Below the pieces are notes generated by a model. The model worked only from the letters and a program-made list of their open reading frames with translations. It was not told where the DNA came from and did no database searches. Positions 48,501-59,100 of a stretch of DNA of 64,000 bases are shown one piece after another. This stretch comes from an uncultured Gammaproteobacteria bacterium (GTDB taxonomy: Bacteria > Patescibacteriota > Patescibacteriia > VMEV01 > CAYQCH01), in assembly GCA_964503955.1 (NCBI GenBank), contig CAZDCG010000002.1, positions 269,047-333,046 on the forward strand. The letters are read 5' to 3'. Every line of letters begins with the position of its first letter. The first letter of the stretch is position 1. A program made the position numbers and the translations under genes.

Positions 48501-51500
48501 GATCAGTCCGTCAATAGACGCCATTTTGGGGGCAAATTCATATACCGATCCGCCAATGTATGTTGAGTATTGAAGATCGGCAGCACCATTCCCAGCAGGA
48601 TCAAGCACGACGATAACCGAATCACGGATGCCTCCATTGTATGTTGTGTCATACGCGCCTGCCGTCACCGGGAAATTTGAGGTGTTCGCGTAGCCGCCCA
48701 GATACATCACTCCATCCACAACATCTTCAATATTGATCAAATCCGACGATGTGCTGCCAATGTAAGTGGAATATTCCAGCGTTGTTCCCACGCTGTCCAA
48801 ACGAAGCGCAAATCCGTCGTCAGCGCCGTTATGCGTCGTGTCATACGCCCCGAGTGTTGTCGGGAAATTAGTAGAGTTCCCCCATCCAGCAATGTAGATA
48901 TCTGTGCCGTCATGGATGATCGACCAGCTCTGCTCATTGCCTGTGCCGCCGATGTATGTCAGAAAAACCATGTCATCTGCTCCAGCGCCGTTGAACTGGA
49001 TCCCCCCAACAAGGACATCCGTGTTCGTATTATAAGTCGTATCATAACTGCCCACGGTTACAGGAATATCAGTTGAATTTGTCTTCCCCGTGAAATACAT
49101 CGTATCACCTTCAAAATCCACATCGTAAATAAAATCCTGGCCAGTTCCTCCGAGATAGCTGATGTAGTTTGGATACGGAGCCGTATGATCTTTGACGAAA
49201 GAACCCATTGCGGTCCAAGCAGACTGTTGCGTGCCATCATTGTTACGAGCGCACCAGTAGTATGTTGCATCAGGCAGGTTGCCTGTTTGATACATGGTCG
49301 GCTGCAAGATTCCTGTTGTGGTTGCGCTGGAACCAGAATCGACCACGTTAACATTGTTAACACAATCCGTGGTGCTGGAAGTTGAAACCCGGTAATCCGT
49401 TGTACCTACTGAGACATCATGCTCATACCACACAGACAAAAACACTTTCCCCGCGCGGACAGCACCATCATCGGGGAACCGCAAGATCGGCGCCACTGGC
49501 GGATTCGGCACCCCGTCAGCAAAGGTGATGCGCGTAATAACAGCATCAGTACCGCCATTGTAGGAAAAGTCATACGGATCACCCCCAACAGCCATTACTG
49601 GATAACTGTGTGATGTCATCTCCCCTGTAAAAATCAAGGACTCCGTTGACGGATCAAAAACCATACCATCATTCGCAGGCTGGGCAAACGAGTTCGGGTC
49701 ATTAGATTCGATCAAGCTGGCATAAACCAAATCATTAATGCCGTCACCAGCCGGTTCAAGTTTCATAACACCAAATGCTGATTGGGTTGAGGTCAAAACA
49801 GCATCAAAAGCGTTATCCGTGGTTGTCAGCCCGCTTCCGACTCGGCCGAATAGATAAATGAACCCTGCATTGTATTCCAGACCAAAGCCGAGCAATCCAT
49901 TGGTAAAGGTTCCATAAACAAGGTCAGATGCCCCTGTTCCGGCAGGGTTGAGGGCCAAAATGAAGCCGTCAGATGATCCTGGGTACGTGCTCACATATGA
50001 ACCGGCTGTAACTGGAAAATCAGAGGAATTTGTAAATCCAGTTGCGTACACGATGCCGCTGTTAACGGAGACACCACGGATCACTTCATTGGCCCCATTG
50101 CCGCCGACATAACTGCCGTATGTCAGATCTGAAGCGCCCGTTCCCGCAGGATTCAAACGGCCAATGTAACTGTCCCGGCCTGTATTATCTGTTGTATCGA
50201 GCGCTCCTGCTGTTGTAGGCATGTTCGTAGCAGACGTGTACATACCGAAATAGATGATGCCACTTGCGACATCCAGCGTTTCAATCGATTCGTCTGACGA
50301 ATTACCGCCGAAATATGTCGAGTACACCAAATCCGCAGATCCAGCGCCATCCGGACTCAAGCGGAACAGGAAGCCATCAGTTGAAGTATCAATAGCAGTA
50401 TCGAATGCCCCTGCCGTTGTTGGCAGCGAGCTTCCTGTGACATTTCCAGCAACATAGACATCTCCGCCGTCAATATCCATGTCGGTAGGCTGTATATTGT
50501 TCCCTGTTCCTACATAGGTACTGTACCCCAGCGTGTCTCCGGAAAGATTCAAGGTCGTCACTGTAGCGAGCAAATCTGATGCAGCATTCGTCGTATCATA
50601 AGCTCCACCCGTGGTTGGGTAATCCGTGGAATCGGATGATCCTGCGATATAAATAGTGGTCGCATCTACTTTGATGCTGCGGCCGTAATCATCAACGTCG
50701 CCTCCGATGAATGTTGAAAATACCAGGTCTGTCGCTCCCGTTGCCTGAGGATCGATTGCAACGACATACGCATCAACTTCGGCATTGAACGTCGTGTCGT
50801 AGCCCGCGCTTGTAGGAAAATCCGTCGATGAAGTGCCACCGGTCACATAGATAATCCCGTCGCTTCCTAAAGCAATCCCCATGGGAGATTCAGAACTTGA
50901 TCCGCCCAAATACATCGAATAATTAATGGCCGGCGTTGTGAGATCGACCGTAAACGATCCCATTTCCGCCCAATTGCTTGTCCATGAATTCACATCTTCA
51001 TTCTGCGCGCACCAGTAGTAGGTGTTGCCGTCAGCGATGGAGGATTCAACAACAATGCCCGTTGCTTCGTTTAAGCGGGTTGTCTCGTTGCTGCTAGCTG
51101 TATAAACGATGTTCGTGTCATTGACGCAATCCGCAAGGGAGCTGCTGCTTACGCGATAATTGGTTACGCCAAGATCGAGGTCGGCTACATACTGCGCGGA
51201 CAAGTATGGTTTGAGAGGAACCGTCGCGTTGTCAGCAGGCAGGACCTGAACAGGATCAGCGACAGGGATACAGTCTCCGCCAGGTCCAGAGGGATAAGTG
51301 TTGCCGTCGAAGTTCGCACTGAACACCGGCTGTCCGATTCCGTCATTGTAGGAATAAAAGACATCAACACCAGAACCGCTGTCATGCTGCGCGCCGGCAC
51401 CAGAAAAACGAGATCCAAAGGAGACATTGAAGTTTGAACCACCGTTGGAGTCCGCATCGTCAATCAACACCCCTCCAATTTCCCAAATACTGTCACCGGT

Positions 51501-53048
51501 AAACGCGTCGAAATTCTGCGCGTACAGCCCTGTGTCCGCGCCAGATTCATCGGTCCACAATAAGTATGGGCCGTAATAATCGTCAGCAATGATCTGAAAA
51601 TCACCAATGCTTGTTCCCGTGATCGTCTGGTTACAGGACCAGTTGCGGCTTTCACCGTCCGTATCGAAATCAAATACTTCAATGGTATTCCCCAAGCTGT
51701 AAGCTGCGTAGGCTTCATCGAAATAATCTGCGGAAATTCCGGTAACAGATTCGCTTGTGACAACCAGACGATCCCCGCGCGTATCCCAATCGAATGAAAT
51801 ATTCCCGTCTGAATCAATGCGCTGCCCGTAAATCCCCTCTTCTCCAGACTCGTCGTCTGCCCAAATGATAATAATGCCATCATTTCCGTCTCCGATCGCA
51901 ACGCCGGAGTACTTTAACGATGTGGTGTTTGTTGATACGACTTGTTCCCCCGCGCCGCTGTTCCATGTCGCGTCCAGACCAGCTGATGTGTAGCGCTCAA
52001 CAACGCCGTGTCCGTAATCAAACGTGTCGAGATTTTCCCCCAAGTCGCTCAACACGAGGACCCCATTGCCCGATGTGGCCACCATGTCGGCCGTGTTTGG
52101 GGTAAGTGTGATCGGATAGCCTACACTGACAGCTCCGGCGAATGTTACATGGTAAAGTGTTGGCGTCGTAAATGAAAACGTATCGCCAATCGTCAGCAAG
52201 ACAAAGGCCCCGCCCGCCTCATCCGGAACGACATCAAGGAATCCATTGACTGAATGAAAATTGGCGAAGCTGCCCAGTCCTGATAGCAGCGTATCCCAGA
52301 CGATGGCACCGTTGCTGCTCAGCTTCGCAAGATAAATGTCATAGCTCGACGAACCACTGTCATCTTCGCCATAAACAACAAACATGTTGCTGGAACTGTC
52401 GGACGCGATTCCCATAGCCAAATCGCCCACGCCAGCGCTGCTCAACAAGGTGTTACTATCTGTGTTTGTATTCCGCACGATGGCAAACTGTTCATCTGTG
52501 TCAGGGTTGTACAGAGTCGCCGCAACGAAATTCAGCGATGTATCCGACACCTTTTTGATTCCCGTAATTTCGCTTGTTCCTGTTGCTGGGCCACACTGCA
52601 CGTACATTTCACGATAGAGACCACCAATAGGATCGCTGCAAGAGACACTGTTCGTACACGTCGGACATTCAAGACAAGTGTTCGTCAGACCCGCACAAAT
52701 ACCCGCCTGCGGCGCGCCATCACAATAAACAGCAGTGCGGTCACCACTGGTATCAGTTACCTGGCTTGCGCCTGGATGCGCAAGCATACAGACCGTATCA
52801 TCGATCTGTGTGTAACCTAAACATTCTAATCCCAGCGATGCACAAACCTCATCCCCCGTGTCCTCTCCAGCTAACGTTGAAGTGACGACGTAATAATCTG
52901 CACCATTCGTTCCGGTAAACGGTCCGGTGACAGCCGCGATCACCTGCGCCCAGCTATTGAAAGCCTGTTGCGGAAAGAAGCGTACCCAAGCCATGGCCAG
53001 AATCACTATAGAAAAAAATGCAACAAGAACGATTCTGTTTCGCGACAT
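45540..53048 (-). CDS. Giant surface protein 3 (2502 aa). Domain order: signal anchor, Cys-rich module, SBBP-like repeats, FSAIC module, acidic linker, Ig-like, shared C-terminal anchor
   Basis: N-terminal MSRNRIVLVAFFSIVILAMAW, then a cysteine-rich stretch (about 17 Cys in ~110 aa; CASLGLECLGY...CLECPTCTNSVSC). YYWCAQN/YYWCARN modules, SBBP-like repeats, and a C-terminal region ~99% identical at DNA level to gene 2 over ~1.36 kb. Confidence 0.8.
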   Translation of the reverse strand: MSRNRIVLVAFFSIVILAMAWVRFFPQQAFNSWAQVIAAVTGPFTGTNGADYYVVTSTLAGEDTGDEVCASLGLECLGYTQIDDTVCMLAHPGASQVTDTSGDRTAVYCDGAPQAGICAGLTNTCLECPTCTNSVSCSDPIGGLYREMYVQCGPATGTSEITGIKKVSDTSLNFVAATLYNPDTDEQFAIVRNTNTDSNTLLSSAGVGDLAMGIASDSSSNMFVVYGEDDSGSSSYDIYLAKLSSNGAIVWDTLLSGLGSFANFHSVNGFLDVVPDEAGGAFVLLTIGDTFSFTTPTLYHVTFAGAVSVGYPITLTPNTADMVATSGNGVLVLSDLGENLDTFDYGHGVVERYTSAGLDATWNSGAGEQVVSTNTTSLKYSGVAIGDGNDGIIIIWADDESGEEGIYGQRIDSDGNISFDWDTRGDRLVVTSESVTGISADYFDEAYAAYSLGNTIEVFDFDTDGESRNWSCNQTITGTSIGDFQIIADDYYGPYLLWTDESGADTGLYAQNFDAFTGDSIWEIGGVLIDDADSNGGSNFNVSFGSRFSGAGAQHDSGSGVDVFYSYNDGIGQPVFSANFDGNTYPSGPGGDCIPVADPVQVLPADNATVPLKPYLSAQYVADLDLGVTNYRVSSSSLADCVNDTNIVYTASSNETTRLNEATGIVVESSIADGNTYYWCAQNEDVNSWTSNWAEMGSFTVDLTTPAINYSMYLGGSSSESPMGIALGSDGIIYVTGGTSSTDFPTSAGYDTTFNAEVDAYVVAIDPQATGATDLVFSTFIGGDVDDYGRSIKVDATTIYIAGSSDSTDYPTTGGAYDTTNAASDLLATVTTLNLSGDTLGYSTYVGTGNNIQPTDMDIDGGDVYVAGNVTGSSLPTTAGAFDTAIDTSTDGFLFRLSPDGAGSADLVYSTYFGGNSSDESIETLDVASGIIYFGMYTSATNMPTTAGALDTTDNTGRDSYIGRLNPAGTGASDLTYGSYVGGNGANEVIRGVSVNSGIVYATGFTNSSDFPVTAGSYVSTYPGSSDGFILALNPAGTGASDLVYGTFTNGLLGFGLEYNAGFIYLFGRVGSGLTTTDNAFDAVLTSTQSAFGVMKLEPAGDGINDLVYASLIESNDPNSFAQPANDGMVFDPSTESLIFTGEMTSHSYPVMAVGGDPYDFSYNGGTDAVITRITFADGVPNPPVAPILRFPDDGAVRAGKVFLSVWYEHDVSVGTTDYRVSTSSTTDCVNNVNVVDSGSSATTTGILQPTMYQTGNLPDATYYWCARNNDGTQQSAWTAMGSFVKDHTAPYPNYISYLGGTGQDFIYDVDFEGDTMYFTGKTNSTDIPVTVGSYDTTYNTNTDVLVGGIQFNGAGADDMVFLTYIGGTGNEQSWSIIHDGTDIYIAGWGNSTNFPTTLGAYDTTHNGADDGFALRLDSVGTTLEYSTYIGSTSSDLINIEDVVDGVMYLGGYANTSNFPVTAGAYDTTYNGGIRDSVIVVLDPAGNGAADLQYSTYIGGSVYEFAPKMASIDGLIYFTLDAFSSNFPSLPGGYDSTHNGSLDTVFGRLDPAGGGSTDMQYLSFLGTTSSESVTGAAFDRTTGEIYVVGNTGGSGFPTTVGAYDTSFTGFSEGYLIKFDTAVAGTGALEYSTFISQSFNNIAFDGTDVYLVGSTSDNNPLVTPATTYGNEVFFSQDAYLLRLNPGGNGVNDLIYASIFGVDGTDEHFRGVDVQGDIVYLGGYMQAYSLEAFSATGTPFQTTVDGSFDKGLIMRIDFAGAGATNSAPTAPTNLFANNTNAQAGLSNPIDLTAGTPVFSAICNDPDIGDVMNAYRVQVDDTDSTFASILWDSGKQSMADCVDGNRSQNINFGGAALAQDGSTYYVRIKFWDDNDTEGEYSTSADSFTMGSPAPAPSQSDGISQQQRQQIQQQNEQNQQSPADESNDEEPAEEEPIDEPVEEPVDEPIEEETMEEPEDVEALPVLDEEISEPAKEKPVEQESVPAPTQEEVGQVGQVVDRLIEDEIGISVDDLEEPAAPEPQTITTVSSDGESFTLEVVREQGEEEQEALLVTGIARVGNGQIEFSGTTSQPNSTVTLIFNGNITVIVVSDDEGFWQTYVSAEQLGLLPGERVNVSVQVIASKGNLLSDRVSVGGFTVERGANEQIVEADFETIAAPNELSAFINAVTNKVEEIIQDREEEIQQTLTVAAPVVVISSAPLWGYLPYLPTLLYHAITYLVGLVGRRKKGQQRFFGVAYDAITKDPLALAIVRLYKKENASERLVSTFVTDKQGKYDFLLEPGSYRIDVKKPQYSFPSSIVSETSEDGAYDHVYQGGIEITDQTTELVVPDLPLDPVNAELKWETANIFKKLWLSLQKAGNFLALPLLFAGSLVSVVVVAAVPENPINWILSVAYVLMFLLQLKLRQKPQKAWGIVYDIATNAPLPLVNLQLIDPAFGKVVASRLSDYQGRFRFTPEPGKYVVRAEKDGYAQAEVVEGAKNHRMISGELVIEKENQTISGDIPMRLF
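46327..47665. repeat. Copy B of ~1.36-kb near-identical direct repeat (inside giant gene 3), 7768 bp downstream of copy A
   Basis: Same as copy A. It encodes FSAIC-module end + acidic EP linker + Ig-like domain + TM1 + start of first CarboxypepD_reg-like domain. Confidence 0.85.
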
Positions 53049-53133
53049 AAGTTCGTGAGTGTAAAGTCAATTCTATACACAGATTATAGCATGGATGAGA
53101 AATACTCTCCGCTGACTTATCCCCTGAATATGC

Positions 53134-53160
53134 AAAAAAAGAGCAGCGATTTCGCTGCTC
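53134..53160 (-). terminator. Intrinsic terminator immediately 3' of giant gene 4: perfect 8-bp GC-rich stem (GAGCAGCG/CGCTGCTC), 4-nt loop, U7 tract on minus strand
   Basis: aaaaaaa gagcagcg attt cgctgctc read on the minus strand gives hairpin + UUUUUUU. Also A/T-flanked on plus, so it is bidirectional in form. Confidence 0.6.
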
Positions 53161-53167
53161 TTTTCTC

Positions 53168-56100
53168 TTAGCCTCGTGATGTCATCGGTACATCGCCCGT
53201 AATACGCTCATTTGTCTTTTGGACCTCGATTTCAGGGGGGATCGGGTGATGTTGATCATCTGGTGCTTCAACAACTTCCCGGACCTGCTCATAGCCTGGC
53301 TTGTTTGCCTTGATGACATACTTGCCTGGTTCCGGCATGAAGCTGTACCGGCCCTGGTAGTCAGTCAGCCGGCTGGTAACGACCTTTCCATACTGCGGAT
53401 CAATGAGCTGGACAGTTGCCAATGGCAGCACGGCGTTCGTAGCTAGATCGTACACGACACCCCATGCTTTTTGGGCATGCACACGAAGTTCAAGCTGAGC
53501 AGACAACATGCCTACATACACAATCGCAAGCAGCCAGTTGATCCAGTTATCTGGAACCGTAATGACAACCAGAATACTTGCGAGCGAGCCGATGAAGAGA
53601 ACAGGAACAGCGAGGTAGTTGCCCACTTTTTGCAGCAGCATCCAGAGTTTTTTGAGGCCGCTGCTGAGCTGCCACTGGCGCTGCGCATTGACCGGATCAA
53701 GAGGAACGTCAGGAATAACCAAGTCTTGTTCCTGCACAATTATTCCCTGTTCATTGCTGTACGCATGATAATTGCCGCCAATTTCAGAGGTCACGATTTG
53801 GCTTGGGAACGTGTATGTCGGTTTGGTCACTTCAAGTCGGTAGTTGGCAGGTTCGAGAAGCGCTTCATACCTGCCCTGCTTGTCGGAAACCTGCGTAGAA
53901 ACGAGCTTGTTGGTTTCCTTGTTGTAGATACGGATGATAGCAAGTGCTAATGGCTGCTTGGTAATGCTGTCGTAGACAGTGCCGTAAAAACGGCGGTCTT
54001 GTTTCTTCTTGCGGCCGAGAAGGCCGATCAAATACGTGAAGAAGTGATACAACAGCGTCGGCACATATGGCAGGTATCCCCACAAAGGCGCGCTGGCGAC
54101 GAGCACTACCGGAGCCGTGACAGAAAGACTTGTCTGGATTGTCTGCTGTTGTTCCTCAATAACCTGCTGAACCTGTTGTACAGCACCGATAAAGCCGGTT
54201 GTTTTCACGTCGACATCAGTGAAATCGGTCGTGATCACGTCCTCGGTCAAGCGCGTTACGTTGACCAGACCGACAACAACTTGTTCGCTGCGAAGTTCAC
54301 CTTTGGCAGCGATTGCTTCAACACGGATCTGACGTGACTGGCCTGGAAGCAAGCCGATATCATCAGCACTAACAAATGTACGCCATTGCCCGGATGCATC
54401 ACTTGTGACGATCATCGTGACAGTGTCATTGATGATGATTGTTACTGTTGTAAATGGCTCAGTAGTCGTACCACTGAATTCAACCCCATCACCATTTGTC
54501 ACCGCGTTTCCGCTCACTCCCAGAAAAGCCGTGCCTCCCTGCGTTTCCAACTCAAACGTTCCCGGGCCGGTGGTCACGTCCGTGTTACCAACCTGCGGTG
54601 ATGGTTGCGTTGGCTGGCTCGGCTTGTCCGGCTGTAGAATATCCTCGATAACGACCACTTCTTCTTTTGTTGGTGGCGCAACCGGCTCTTCCACCACATC
54701 CTCTGTTGTAACAAAGGAGTTCAACTCTGGTTCCGCAACAACAATGTTGCTGTAGGTCGGCTCGGTCGTGGAATCTTCACTTGCAATTGCCTGCAACTGC
54801 AGCTGAGGGCCGGCAGCAGCCAGAGCTTCGCGAATTTCACTCGTGTCACCTGATTCCACGCTGATGTTTTGCAGCAGCTGGAATAGATCTTCTCTGGTAA
54901 CGACAGGGGCGCGTAAGGGCTCCTTAGGCAGTCGATTTTCGTCAATCTGTGAGTCATCATCGAGAAAATCGCGAAGCATGGACTGCGTGTCAAAGGCCAG
55001 GATGAAAGAAAGCGTGTGACCAAAACCGAAGTCCAGTGTCGGCCAAATGCCAGCAACTGTTTCCTGTGTAAACTGCCCGGCATCCCCATCTGGAATTTCG
55101 CTGTTGCGTACGCCGTTTACTCGCAAAGAACCTGGAATGTAGCTCAAATACGGAGGCAATGGAACAGTTAATAACACATTGCGAGCCTGCAACGCGCCAT
55201 TATTAAGAATGTGTGCCTTCACATACAAAAGCTCATTTGGATTCACCGGACCGCTTATGCTACGGCCGTCAGCTGTTGTTACTTGGAGGTCTACAAGCAA
55301 TTCTATCGGCGCCTGAAACTCCTGCGCGCTGATCATGACATTATTGCTCCAGTCAGTTTCTACTCCGTCGTAGTTGCGCGCTCTCACGCGAGCATAATAA
55401 GCCTGGTCACGATCGGTGTTTTCAAAGACATAGGTACTGGCCTGGATCCAGTCACTTGCAATGATTGCGGAACCTGATACAGAATCCGCCGGCATGAGTT
55501 CGAACTGAACCGCGCTTTGACCTGAGGTCAAGTGATTGAGTTCTTCCGTAACCCCGACACGAATACGATCATCTACGCGTGAAATCTGAGTCAGTGTGAC
55601 GGAAGTCATATGCGTGTAGACCGATGGGAAAGTCTGACTGGAGGTCCCGCGCGTTGATCCGACAAAAGCGGCAACGCGACGTCCTTCAATCAAGGTGTTA
55701 TGAGGCAAACCACTTTCAACGACAGTGCGAACCTGTGCTTCATTAACGATCTCAAGAATGGTTTGTTGCTGATCAAGCAGGTAAAAGCCGCTGTGACCCG
55801 TTGTTGAGTAGCCCCATTCATACTGCACGCGGTCATGACCGGTCGTGCGCACGCTAACGATGGTTGGCGTGGAAAGCGACTGTGTCTGGATGCGCTGGAT
55901 GGAAGACCCGCCTCCTCCACCGCCTCCTCCGCCACAGCCGGCGCCAGCACTAGAAGGGATTTCCGTAGAAAAACCGAAGCCGTCATTGCCCCCAAAAGCA
56001 ACGGAGCTAAAATACCCACCAGAAACCGGCATATCTGACGACGTTGTCTCACCCGCTACGTACAGTACATTGGTGTCTGCAACATATGTCGCGCCTTGGT

Positions 56101-59100
56101 CATATTCCTCTCCGGATCCGCCAAAGTAGGACGCATAAACCAAATCACAAGCTCCATTTCCCTCAGGCGCAAACCGGCCAGCGACATAATCGAAACTCCC
56201 GGCGTTTATGTCTTGGTATGCATTGTCAGTCACAGGAAATCCTGATTCATAACTACCGGAGAATACCAGCGTATCCCCATCCAACGTCATTTCCGTGCAC
56301 CAGCCGTCGCCGGCTCCGCCGAGGAAAGATCCATACACTAGATCATCAGCGCCGTTTCCCCCAAGCGTAAGCTGATAGATAAACATGTCTCCAGAGCCAT
56401 TATGCGTTTCATCAAACGATCCTGCGGTGGTGACAAATGCAGGGTCATAGGTCATGCCACATACGAAGAGATCGCCAGACGGGCTTTCTGCAACCACATC
56501 GTAGGCACCATCATAATCATTATCGCTGCCGACGATCGTTCCATACACAAGAGATGTAACATCGGTTCCGGTTGGATCGATTTTCAGGACGAACCCATCG
56601 GCATTCACGGTATCGACAGTCGTGTCGAAGGCTCCTGCCGTCAAAGCCGGAAAATCAGCGGAAGCGGTTTCCCCCGCGATATAGATATTTCCGTTGTCGT
56701 CAAAATTGATGCCGCTGATCAGATCGTTCCCACTGCCTCCCACATACGTGCTGTAAAGCAGAGATGCCATGCCAGTTTCATTCGTATCGATCTTCATGAT
56801 GAAACCGTCGTTATTGGCAAGATCTCCCGTGGAATCAAAAGCATTTCCTGTCAGAGGTAGATCTGCGGATGTTGTTCTCCCGGCCAGATACACAATGCCG
56901 TTGTCGTCGACACGCATGCTTTTCCAGCCCATTTCATCTTCCCCGCTTCCTCCGACATAGGTGCCGAAGAGGACTTCATCAAGATCCGCGTTGAGTTTGG
57001 CCAAATACACATCATCATTCCCTGAATACGTCATGTCAAAACCTGAAGTATTCGGGGTATGGGTTGCAAACACATCAGCGGAGCTTGTCGCGCCGGCGAT
57101 ATAGACGTTTCCTGATGCATCTACGCGTCCCGCACGGACTGGGTCATGATCTGAGCCCCCGAAATAGGTAGCGACTAAGACACTGCTTCCGTCTGCTGAC
57201 AATTTGGCCAGAATGCCATCTTGCATGCCAGATAAATCTTCTTGCAAACCGGCATCTGCAGGGAAATCCGCAGAAAAAGTCGTACCGATCATGATGATAT
57301 TGTCAGATGTATCAAGACCGATGCCTAACAGTTGGTCATTTGCGTTTCCGCCAAAATACGTGGCAAATCCATCATACCCATCTCCCATGGTGAACATAGC
57401 TTCTTCTGTTGAAAACGGACCTTCCGTGCCCTCGTCATCCCAGAACTTGATGCGCCAATAGTAGGTTGCCCCATCATCCGCAAGTGGTGTGCCTCCGTAG
57501 GTGATATCCGCGCTTCTCGCGCCGCTTGCGCAATCAGCCATTGCTGTTCCGGAAGCCCCTGAGTCCCAAAGCACCGAACTGAAATCGTTGTCGTTATCAA
57601 CTTGAATACGGTACTTATTGAGCGTATCTCCCACATTATCGTTACAAATCGCGCTGAAAGCGGGGGTGGGATGCAAAATCCCGGTTGGGTTTGCGGATCC
57701 TTGCTGAGCGTCGGTATCGTCTACGTATAAATCGGTCGGCTCTGAAGGAGACGTATTCGGCACCGCCATGGTAAATGCATTGGTAGATAACGGATCCTCG
57801 CTCCATACGCCGACCAACCCTTCATCATCCCAGAAACGAATACGCCAATAGTACGTGGTGCCGTCTAATAACAAAGGATCCCCGCCATAATGAATGTCCT
57901 GGCTGCGGCTTCCCGCAACGCAATCCGCCATAGCCGTACCAAGAGCGCCGCTGTCCCAGATGGTTGAACTAAAATCATTTTGATCATCCACCTGGATTTG
58001 GTAGAGGTTCATGATATCCCCAGGATTGCCGTCGCGGCAGATCGCGCTGAATGCCGGTGTCGTATCGGCAATTCCTGCGGGGTTTGAGGCGCCCGCCTGC
58101 GCTGAATCATTGTTGCTATAGAGATCGATAGGAGCTGACGGAGCAATATTCTCCGGAGCCAAAGCCAGCTTCACGAAATAGGCATCAGCCCCTCCTGACT
58201 TTGCAGACTGAAAGACACCGGCAGTTGATGGAAAATTCGGATCGTTGGTATTTCCTGTGATATAGAAATTTCCGGCATCGTCCAGAGCAACTCCCATGCC
58301 ATTATCTGTTCCAGTGCTACCAAAGTACGTTGAATAGATTAGATCATCAGCGCCTTGGCTGCCAGGATGAAGCTTAACAATGACAAGTGATAACGGATCA
58401 CTGGAAAAAGCGCCATCAGTGGTAGGGAATGCTAGGCTGTTTGATTTTCCTTGAAAATAGACAACACCGTCCGTATGCACACGAAGGTCAATACACCAGT
58501 CATTGTTGACATCTCCAATAAGTGTTCCATAGGAGAGATCAGCATTTCCGTTACCTGCGGTATTGAACTTCATCACGAAGGCATCCCCCGCTCCGCTCAA
58601 AGATGTAGCATAAGCACCTGCGGTCGTAGGAAAATCAGAAGAGTTTGTTTCTCCACAAGTGAATACATCTCCATCCGGCCCCATGGCAACCCCGTACGCA
58701 TAGTCCCATCCATTGCTTCCACCGATCATTGTGCTATAAGCCAGTGATGTGATGTTCGTCCCATTAGGATCGATCCGTATAAGAAATGCATCACAGTTTG
58801 AGTCGTCAACCGTTGTATCAAATGCCCCAGCGGTCGTTACGAAATCAGCTGAACAGGTATCTCCCGTTACGTAGACATGCCCGTTTTCATCAAAAACCGT
58901 GGTCCAGCTCTCATCAAAGCCTGATCCTCCAACGTAGGATGAATAGACCAAGGATGCCGCGCCAGACTGAGTCGTATCAATGATCGTGATAAATGCGTCC
59001 CCATTATATGATTCATCCGGCCCATCCCCTACGGTATCAAAAGCATTGGGTGTAAGCACAAAGTCTGATGAATATGTAATTCCTGTGATCGCCACGCGAC

